Notes under the pieces: generated by a model | Told to the model about the DNA's origin: nothing | Databases searched by the model: none | What the model saw: the letters and a program-made list of their open reading frames with translations, nothing else | Made by a program: the position numbers and the translations under genes | Part shown: positions 17,245-24,000 of the stretch, piece after piece | How the letters are laid out: each line of letters starts with the position of its first letter | How positions within the stretch are numbered: position 1 is the first letter of the stretch | Assembly: GCA_001914405.1 (NCBI GenBank) | Contig: MSDW01000001.1 | Span: 1,599,498 to 1,623,497 of the forward strand | Reading direction: 5' to 3' | Source: Candidatus Methanohalarchaeum thermophilum | GTDB taxonomy: Archaea > Halobacteriota > Methanonatronarchaeia > Methanonatronarchaeales > Methanonatronarchaeaceae | Length of the DNA stretch: 24,000 nt

Positions 17245-18060
17245 GTGAAATGACCCCCTAGCAAAGCTGTGGGGCTTCCATGTGAGCCCTATTCGGAGTG
17301 GAGTCTGCTTTTTTCCATCCGAGGGGCTTCTCTCACTCCACCTAAATCAACACCTGGAACTATTTGCTCCAAGAGAAGAATTGGATCAGGAAAAATACAA
17401 AAACCCATATATTAACTTAACTTTTAGGGTGGTTCCCTTATTCTCTCTTGGTAGTTTCTACATCAGCCACTAGGACTCTACCCCAAAAGGTTTTGAGTTT
17501 ACCCTAATACATCTTATTTGATGTAGCGTCTTGGGGGCTTTAGCTTAGCCAGAAGACCTTAAAGGCCGTGGGATCGATTTTTGATAGGGCAGACAGATCC
17601 AACCAACTGCCGACTATCCCTAACTAGTTTCTAATACCCTTTAAGTGTTACTTAAGGCATTCATCCTCACGGAAGAGTCGCGGGATTTTCTGCCATACTC
17701 TACTATAAACAGTAACCTGACAACTACTCCCTCCGGTCTAATCAGAGATTAAAGATAGGTTTGTCAGTGGGCTTCGCCTCAAACCCAATGAACTTAGTAG
17801 ACTTGGAATAGTAAACTCCATTAGGTTTCAACACAACACTCCTTTGTTATCTATTTGACTGAGAAGACACCTTCCCAAATCTTTGATTAAGTATGGGTAG
17901 TTCACTGAAGAGCAAATTGACCGTTACCTACACCCTTGGCTGGGATACCTTTCCCTCCAAGAACAACCCTAATTCCAACATTCTTAGAAGCTTATTACGT
18001 AGAAATTACTTTTTATCTAGCTGGTTGAGAAGACATTTTTCTAGATCTGTGGTTTGGGTG
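17245..18060 (-). pseudogene. tnpB: 5'-truncated, heavily decayed IS200/IS605-type tnpB relic with an omega-RNA-like 3' end
   Basis: The minus-strand 3' terminus GGAAGCCCCACAGCTTTGCTAGGGGGTCATTTCAC (17279->17245) parallels the terminus of the plus-strand relic. Fragmentary TnpB-like peptides occur on the minus strand: AFKVFWLS*SPQDATSNKMY*G at about 17566-17500, resembling the zinc-finger/RuvC-III region, and NVGIRVVLGG near 17980. There are many stops. The 5' limit is approximate. Confidence 0.45.
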
Positions 18061-18098
18061 GGTGATGAATTAGTTATGGGTATTTGAAGTATAAGTAT

Positions 18099-19320
18099 AT
18101 GAATGGGTTTGTGGTGTCTTTGCAGTCACTTTTATATAAATATGATGCCAATCTAACGGAAGAGAATAGAGAAGGGTTAAAGAAGCACTTTAGGGTACAT
18201 AAAGGCATCTACAGTAAGGTACTGGAGATACTAAATAATTTAGGTGAATTGATGAAGAAATATGAGATGTATGATAGGTTATCAGAGTGGAGGAAGATAT
18301 CGAATTCTGAGTTTTAAAATGTGTATTCAAAGGCTGCTGAGCAGATTGTTGGGGGAATATATGGCGTGATCAAGGCTTTAAATACAAAGAAAAGGGGGGA
18401 AGGAAAAGAAGGGTTGGAAGGTTAAGGTACATGAATTCGATTAATAGCATTGAAGATCAATTAATTGGGTTGTAAAATAGGCTGAGAAAGAGGGATTATG
18501 TGTTTATTGAGGGTAGGGGGAATTACCTGTAATTTTTCATAGGCTAATTTCAGAAGATGCTGAGGTTAAAGGTGTGGTAAATAAGGGAATGTAGTTGTGG
18601 TGGCTGGGAGGTTATGCTTCGACTGGAAGTTGGGAAACTTGATAAAGAATTAATTACGGAAGATAGTGACATAATTAGGGATAGACCTAAATGTATCTAA
18701 TTTCTTGACTGATGGTGAGGGTAGAGAGGTATAGGATTTTTAAATTATGTTGGAAGAGAAATTTGAGGGAGTTAGGAAAGAGCAAAGGAAACTATTTGGA
18801 AAGGAGGGGGATGCAATAATTGGAAGAAGCAAAAGAGGAGGTTGGCGAGAGCCTATAAGAAACTGAGGGATGCATGAAGTGATTTTTTACATAAACTGTT
18901 AAGAGTATATGTTGATAGGTATGGTGTGGTAGCGGTAGGAGGATTTGGATGGTAAGAACTTATTGGAAGGGGGGAGTAGTGCCCTGAATAGGTGTATAGC
19001 TGATTATGTTTGGGATGAGTTTGTTTCTATGGTTGTTTACAAAGCTTTGTAAGCTGGTGGGCAAGTATGTAGAGGTAGAGGCAAGAGACACTACAAAGAG
19101 TTGCTCGAATCTAAATTGTGATAATAAGGTAGATAAAGAACTAACAGATAGAACCCACAAATGTAAAGAATGTGGTTTAGAAATTGACCGAGACTTGAAT
19201 GCATCTATAAACATCGTAAACAAGGCTATTAACTTGGTAGGGCAGGGACTGTTCGAAGTCAAAGCCCTCGGACACATCGACCTCTGCTGGAACTTCGGTT
19301 CCAGTAAGTCATGTGGTTGA
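18099..19320 (+). pseudogene. tnpB: Full-length but dead IS200/IS605-family tnpB (OrfB) pseudogene (more than 12 stops and at least 4 frameshifts)
   Basis: Hand translation across frames gives LLYKYDANLTEENREGLKKHFRVHKGIYSKVLE (N-terminus) and LGIDLNVSNFLTDGEG (RuvC-I, 18675-18722). It continues with NNWKKQKRRLARAYKKLRDA*SDFLHKLLRVYVDRYGVVAV / EDLDGKNL (RuvC-II) and ADYVWDEFVSMVVYKA. The last stretch is an intact 104-codon ORF: VEVEARDTTKSCSNLNC...HKCKECGLEIDRDLNASINIV (zinc finger plus RuvC-III). Confidence 0.85.
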
Positions 19321-19372
19321 ACAGGGAAGCTCCTTCCTAACAAGAGAAGCAAGTTAGGTAGGGGTATTTCAC
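19240..19372 (+). ncRNA. Omega-RNA (reRNA)-like scaffold overlapping the tnpB 3' end and right end
   Basis: Perfect hairpin CTGGAAC-TTCG-GTTCCAG at 19287-19304. A second stem CCTAAC(11 nt)GTTAGG lies at 19336-19358. The terminus GGGGTATTTCAC is at 19361-19372. This position matches where TnpB guide RNAs are encoded. Expression and function were not tested. Confidence 0.35.
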
Positions 19373-19824
19373 AAGAAAGATTATGTGTTAGGTTTACTCT
19401 CATCCTTTTAGCTAAATAAAAAAAGGGAAGTTGTTTCCAGCCAACTAATAATATGAAATAACCACTTTGATATATAAACTAAGAAAAAAATAGGTTCCTG
19501 AAATACCTCATTGAATTCATTTTATTACCTATGAGGAAAACCAAGAGAATCTAAATAAATAAATTAAACTAAATGTTTTAGATCCCTAATGAATCAAAAT
19601 AGGTTTACATTAGGTTTGGCAGAAAAAGAAGATACATAAGTATGTTTCACTAACTAGGTGTGACTTTCTCCCTCACCAAAATTAGAGATTTTGGAGGGAT
19701 CTTCTCAACCATTGAGATAAGAGAAGAAAACAATAATTGGTTGTAGTATTATAAGATAAAGAGGTAAATACTTTCACGGTTCTTTTGGATCAAGGTATGG
19801 TAACTGAATGGATGGATTTCTAGT

Positions 19825-20340
19825 ATGGAAAAGGAATTATTAATTGATGAGGATGAGATTAAGGAGAAGGTGAGGGAATTAGCTAGAGAGCTGGATAGAA
19901 AATACGTAGATAAGGATCCATTGTTTGTTGGCGTATTGAAAGGAAGTTTCATCTTTCTGTCAGATTTAATAAGGTCGATGGATGCTGATGTGGAAATAGA
20001 TTTTGTTGATGTTGAGTGTTACAGTGATATGGAAGCAGGAGATCCGGAGTTAATAATGGAGGGAACTTCTTCTTTTGAAGATAGAGATGTAGTAGTTGTA
20101 GAAGATATAGTTGATACTGGAAGAACGCTTGAGTTTTTGAAGTCATTTTTCTCAAGTAAGGATGTAGCATCTTTAGAGTTCTGTACTTTGTTAAAGAAGC
20201 CTGAAGGACACGAGTTTGATGTGGATCCGGATTATGTAGGTTTTGATATACCTGATTACTTTGTGGTGGGTTACGGTTTAGATGTTAATGGTAAGTTTCG
20301 GGGCTTGAATGGAATATATTATGTTGTAGATGATGAGTGA
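19825..20340 (+). CDS. hpt: Hypoxanthine(-guanine) phosphoribosyltransferase
   Basis: 171 aa. LFVGVLKGSFIFLSDLIR, IDFVDVECYS, VVVVEDIVDTGRTLEFL (PRPP motif), DYVGFDIPDYFVVGYGLD. Confidence 0.9.
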   Translation: MEKELLIDEDEIKEKVRELARELDRKYVDKDPLFVGVLKGSFIFLSDLIRSMDADVEIDFVDVECYSDMEAGDPELIMEGTSSFEDRDVVVVEDIVDTGRTLEFLKSFFSSKDVASLEFCTLLKKPEGHEFDVDPDYVGFDIPDYFVVGYGLDVNGKFRGLNGIYYVVDDE

Positions 20341-21808
20341 AAATATAGATATCCTCTTAGTCACGGGAAATAAAGCTTATGATGTGGTTAAAGAACAAAG
20401 TAATCAATTAAGTAAGCTAGGATACAACTTAGATGTTAAAAAACTACAGACTGATGTTGCTGCATTTATTGAGCCAAAGATGATGAGTGAAAGTGTTGAA
20501 ACGGGAGCTTACGATTATGTAATAGTACCTGGAAGAACGGAAGCAGATTTTAGTGGGTTAAGCAATGTCTTTAAAGGCCCAAAAAATGCGTTTGATATAT
20601 GTGAAGCTATTGAAGATGGTTTGGATGAGTTATCACCAAGAAAAGCGGCAGATAAAGTAATTGATATAAGTGAGATAACCATAGAGGAACTAAAGGAAAA
20701 AGAAGAACCTAGTTTCACCTTAAATCTAAGTGGTCTTGAAATAGGGAAAGGCCCAGCAACCATAATTGCTGAAATAAATAATGCTGCAACTTTGGAGACT
20801 GAAGATATTCATGAAAATATTAGATATTTTTTGGATCAGGGTGCAGATATAATAGACCTAGGTTTTTCTAATTCTACATCACCAGAAGAGGTAGAAGAAG
20901 TTTTTAAGGTTTTAGATACGGATGCACCGCTTTCTATAGATACCTTAGACCCTGAAAAAATCCGAGTAGCAGTTGACTACGATATAGATCTGGTGTTGAG
21001 CGCTAATAAAGAAGTTATGGATAGAGTAGGCGAAGAATTAGGGAACGAGGTTTGTGTTGTAATTCCAGACGATGAAACTATTGGTTCATTGCTCGAAAAT
21101 TTATCTACTGCGGAGAAATTAGGTATTAAAACTATAGCTGATCCTATACTATCACCTCCTAACTCTGGTTTGGTAGATTCGATCCAAAGATGTCATGAGT
21201 TAAATAAGTTAAAACCTGGTTTACCCACTATGATGGGTGTTGGTAATGTAACAGAATTAATAGATGCTGATAGCTTAGGCATAAATGCTTTAATGGCCAA
21301 TATAGTTTCAGAGCTTTCTGTAGATCTTTTATTAACTACTGAAGCAAGTTTGAAGACTAAGGGCAGTGTAAGAGAATTAAATAAATCTTGTAAAATGGCT
21401 TATATATCTAAGATGAAGGAAACTTATCCAAAGGATTTAAACATAGATTTACTAAACCTAAAAACGAAAAAAAGAAAAGAGTTTCCTCCAGAGAAGCTAG
21501 GAGAAGTGATTGATGGATTACATGAAAAAGAAGTAACTTCGAGTAAAAGCCCGAAAGGATGCTTCGAGATAGGAGTAGATAGAGAAAAAAAAGAGATTAT
21601 AGCGGTTTTTCATTCAAAGAACTCAGAAAAACATCTAACAATAAAAGGAAGAAAAGCAGATCAAATAATTAAAAAAATTACTAAAAGAGAGTTAATAGAA
21701 GACCTTAACCACTCGGCTTACCTAGGTCAAGAGCTAAAGAAAGCTGAAATCGCCCTAAAAACAGGTAAAAACTATATACAGGACGAAAAATTACTGGAAT
21801 CTCTTTAA
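20330..21808 (+). CDS. Dihydropteroate-synthase-like pterin-binding protein with N-terminal extension and C-terminal DUF4346-like domain (H4MPT-biosynthesis associated)
   Basis: 492 aa. IIAEINNA, GADIIDLGFS, LSIDT and MGVGNVTELIDADS are pterin-binding-barrel-like. The C-terminus GCFEIGVDREKKEIIAVFH...LNHSAYLGQELKKAEIALKTGKNYIQDEKL is DUF4346-like. The start overlaps the hpt stop by 11 nt. Confidence 0.75.
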   Translation: MMSENIDILLVTGNKAYDVVKEQSNQLSKLGYNLDVKKLQTDVAAFIEPKMMSESVETGAYDYVIVPGRTEADFSGLSNVFKGPKNAFDICEAIEDGLDELSPRKAADKVIDISEITIEELKEKEEPSFTLNLSGLEIGKGPATIIAEINNAATLETEDIHENIRYFLDQGADIIDLGFSNSTSPEEVEEVFKVLDTDAPLSIDTLDPEKIRVAVDYDIDLVLSANKEVMDRVGEELGNEVCVVIPDDETIGSLLENLSTAEKLGIKTIADPILSPPNSGLVDSIQRCHELNKLKPGLPTMMGVGNVTELIDADSLGINALMANIVSELSVDLLLTTEASLKTKGSVRELNKSCKMAYISKMKETYPKDLNIDLLNLKTKKRKEFPPEKLGEVIDGLHEKEVTSSKSPKGCFEIGVDREKKEIIAVFHSKNSEKHLTIKGRKADQIIKKITKRELIEDLNHSAYLGQELKKAEIALKTGKNYIQDEKLLESL

Positions 21809-21824
21809 ATAAATGTAGGCATTG

Positions 21825-21839
21825 TTTTTATCTTTTTTT
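21825..21839 (+). terminator. T5 plus T7 oligo-T tracts, candidate archaeal terminator after the DHPS-like gene
   Basis: attgTTTTTatcTTTTTTTc lies in the 37-bp convergent gap before the metG stop. Confidence 0.35.
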
Positions 21840-21845
21840 CCTGTT

Positions 21846-23858
21846 TTATTCTATTCTGGATCCAACTTCAGGATCGTCATCCGGTTCTAATAAGAAAGGC
21901 TCTTCTCCTTCTACAGCAGCTAGAACCATTCCTTGAGATTTAACGCCGAATATTTCTGCTTCTTCTAAATTTGCTAGGACCACTACCTTTTTACCAGGTA
22001 GATCACTAGATTCATAGTAACCTGATAGCCCTGCAACGATCTGCCTTTCTTCGTCACCGATATCTACCATTAACTTCATTAGGGTATCTGAGCCTTTTAC
22101 TTCACTAGCTTCTTTGATCTCTCCTATTCTCATATCTATATCTTCAAAATCCTGTATAGTTATTTTATTATTTTCGTTCATTTTTTCTTTCTCCTTTTCT
22201 TCCTTACTTGATTTTTCTTTACCTAATTTACTCTTCTGTTTTTTTATTTCTTTATCTTCAACGATATCAAATAAAGTTTCAGGTTCATTTATTTTATCAC
22301 CTTCTATTGGGGTCTTGGCTTCCTCCCAACTCTGTTCGTGGACCGAATCACTATTACCTAACATGCTCCATATTTTGTCAGAGGCCTTAGGCATAAATGG
22401 GGCACTCAATATCGAAAGGGATTTAAGTATACACGCGGAGGTGTAGAGGGAGTTTCTTGGATCTTCTTGGTTCCAAGGTTCTCTTTCATTTAGATGTTGG
22501 TTGCCGAGAGAAGCAAGTTTTAGCATTTTATTTAATGCCTTTTTAAATTCTCTTGAATCAATGTACTCTCCAACCTCTTCTACTATTTCCTCAATACGAT
22601 CAAATACTTTTTTATCTTTTTTTTCAAATTCGTCTACATCTGGTATCTTTTTATCAAAGTTACTATCTATTAATGTAAGAACTCTATGTGCAAAATTTCC
22701 GTAAGTAGAAACCAGTTCTTCGTTATTTTTCTCTTGGAAACCTTTCCAAGTAAAATTAGAGTCCCCTCTTTCTGGCATAATAGCTGTGAGATAGTATCTA
22801 ATTGAATCCTCATCAAATGGGATATCATCCAACCAGACAGCCCAGTTTCTACTGGTAGAAAACTGTTTTCCCTCTAAATTTAGGAATTCGTTAGCAGATA
22901 CACAGTAGGGTAGATTAAGTTCACCGTAACCCATCAACATTGCTGGCCAAATAATCGAATGGAAGGGGATGTTGTCCTTACCGATGAAGTAGTAGGTCTC
23001 TGCTTCGTCGTTCTTCCAGTATTTCTCCCAGTCACTGGTAAACTCCTTTGTAGCCGAAAGATACCCTATAACTGCATCAAACCAAACATATATGCATTTT
23101 CCTTCCTCGCCATCTGGAATAGGAACACCCCACTTCATGTCCCTAGTAATAGGCCTGTCCTCCAATCCCTCTTCTATCCATTGCTTTGTGAAATTAACTA
23201 CATTATCTCTCCATTCATCTTCTCTACTCTTTATCCAGTCATAGAGTTTTTCTGAAAACTCGCTAAGCTCAAGGAAGTAATGTTCACTTTCTCTTATCTC
23301 TGGTTTTTCCCCGCATCTTGAGCAATATGGGTTAATTAGGTCTGTAGGCTCCAGAGTTTTGCTGCATTCATCACATTGGTCTCCTCTGGCACCTGGAGCA
23401 CCACAGTTAGGGCATTCTCCTTCTACATATCGATCAGGGAGAAATTTTTCACAATTTGGGCAGTAAAAAAGTTCCATATCTTTTTTATAGATGTAGTTAT
23501 TTTCTTTTAGCTTTAGAAAGAAATCTTGAACTGTTTCGTAGTGGTTTTCTGTAGTTGTTTTAGTGTAAAGGTCATAAGAAGCTTCCATTTCTTCTAAAGA
23601 ATTTTTAATAACCTTATGGTATTTATTGGCTATTTTTTCAGGGCTTACACCTTCTTCTTCGGCTTTAAGCGAAATTGGAGTTCCGTGCATATCGGTTCCC
23701 GAGACCATCAAAACATCATTACCCTTCATACGATGGTATCTAGCAAAAATATCGGCTGGTAGCACCATTCCCGCAAAATGACCTAAATGTATGGGTCCGT
23801 TTCCATAAGGCCATGCTGTTGTAACCAAAATCCTTCTCACTTTGGCTCTATCCCCCAA
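21846..23858 (-). CDS. metG: Methionine--tRNA ligase with Zn-knuckle insertion and C-terminal tRNA-binding (Trbp111/EMAPII-like) domain
   Basis: 670 aa. [45 protein letters not shown] (KMSKS-like), and C-terminal [11 protein letters not shown]...[10 protein letters not shown]. The true start may be the GTG at 23840 ([12 protein letters not shown]) rather than the track's TTG at 23858. Confidence 0.93.
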   Translation of the reverse strand: MGDRAKVRRILVTTAWPYGNGPIHLGHFAGMVLPADIFARYHRMKGNDVLMVSGTDMHGTPISLKAEEEGVSPEKIANKYHKVIKNSLEEMEASYDLYTKTTTENHYETVQDFFLKLKENNYIYKKDMELFYCPNCEKFLPDRYVEGECPNCGAPGARGDQCDECSKTLEPTDLINPYCSRCGEKPEIRESEHYFLELSEFSEKLYDWIKSREDEWRDNVVNFTKQWIEEGLEDRPITRDMKWGVPIPDGEEGKCIYVWFDAVIGYLSATKEFTSDWEKYWKNDEAETYYFIGKDNIPFHSIIWPAMLMGYGELNLPYCVSANEFLNLEGKQFSTSRNWAVWLDDIPFDEDSIRYYLTAIMPERGDSNFTWKGFQEKNNEELVSTYGNFAHRVLTLIDSNFDKKIPDVDEFEKKDKKVFDRIEEIVEEVGEYIDSREFKKALNKMLKLASLGNQHLNEREPWNQEDPRNSLYTSACILKSLSILSAPFMPKASDKIWSMLGNSDSVHEQSWEEAKTPIEGDKINEPETLFDIVEDKEIKKQKSKLGKEKSSKEEKEKEKMNENNKITIQDFEDIDMRIGEIKEASEVKGSDTLMKLMVDIGDEERQIVAGLSGYYESSDLPGKKVVVLANLEEAEIFGVKSQGMVLAAVEGEEPFLLEPDDDPEVGSRIE

Positions 23859-23934
23859 TTAAACAATTTTCGAATTTACTTATTTTATTTAATAATATTC
23901 TCTTAAAAACCCTAACGAGTAATAAAATGGATTA

Positions 23935-24000
23935 ATAGTCTCCAAGTTTGCCCTTTGTACTTCTTAAGTAATCCTCTTTGCGCTCAACTGCTTCCTTAAA
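23935..24000 (-). CDS. 3' end of an unidentified gene entering from beyond the window
   Basis: The minus-strand frame is open from the window edge: ...FKEAVERKEDYLRSTKGKLGDY*, with TAA at 23937-23935. It is too short to identify. Confidence 0.3.

Noticed and set aside
17533-17600. tRNA-like string GGGGGCTTTAGCTTAGCCAGAAG...GTGGGATCGATT
   Set aside because: No acceptor-stem complement or proper T-arm can be drawn. The stretch lies inside the minus-strand tnpB relic's zinc-finger/RuvC-III-like coding remnant.
18062-18068. GTGATGA C-box-like motif suggesting a C/D box sRNA
   Set aside because: There is no D box (CTGA) or C'/D' arrangement within about 70 nt. The position is better explained as the left end of the tnpB element.
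4153-19320. First impression that both IS relics decayed by point mutation only, with the frame preserved and no indels
   Set aside because: Re-translation showed a compensating frameshift pair in the IS5 relic and at least four frameshifts in the plus-strand tnpB relic. Indels are therefore present, and only the composition skew of the tnpB relic remains as an anomaly.
17282-19403. ORFs 17282-17473 (+), 17893-18087 (+) and 18960-19403 (-)
   Set aside because: They lie within or antisense to the tnpB relics and are better explained as chance open frames in decayed sequence.

Overview
AT-rich archaeal chromosomal window. TAA, TAG and TGA all terminate genes, and GGAGG/GGTG Shine-Dalgarno motifs are present. 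Gene content points to a methanogen-like euryarchaeon: glycerol-1-phosphate dehydrogenase, an AcnX/UbiD/UbiX archaeal-type mevalonate module, CofE/CofD, and CitG-like, DUF447 and DHPS-like genes associated with H4MPT. The very acidic proteins suggest a salt-in halophile. I count about 24 protein genes in tightly packed operon-like blocks, with overlapping or abutting start and stop codons and divergent starts only 23-29 bp apart. Two visibly GC-richer non-coding islands hold decayed mobile elements. The first (about 4.1-5.1 kb) is an IS5-family transposase relic followed by an unexplained 360-bp block. The second (about 17.2-19.4 kb) holds two head-to-head IS200/IS605-type tnpB relics with omega-RNA-like 3' ends. 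I saw no rRNA, tRNA or CRISPR array. Most notable observations: (1) extreme one-strand C depletion limited to the dead 5' 1 kb of the plus-strand tnpB relic, possibly a strand-specific C>T hypermutation footprint. (2) A six-gene operon joining the full AcnX/UbiD/UbiX module to an HD phosphohydrolase and YjbQ. (3) cofE-cofD translationally coupled to two biochemically unassigned cofactor genes. (4) A PHP gene whose metal-binding N-terminus has no canonical start codon. All family calls rest on motif recognition by eye; no database search was possible.
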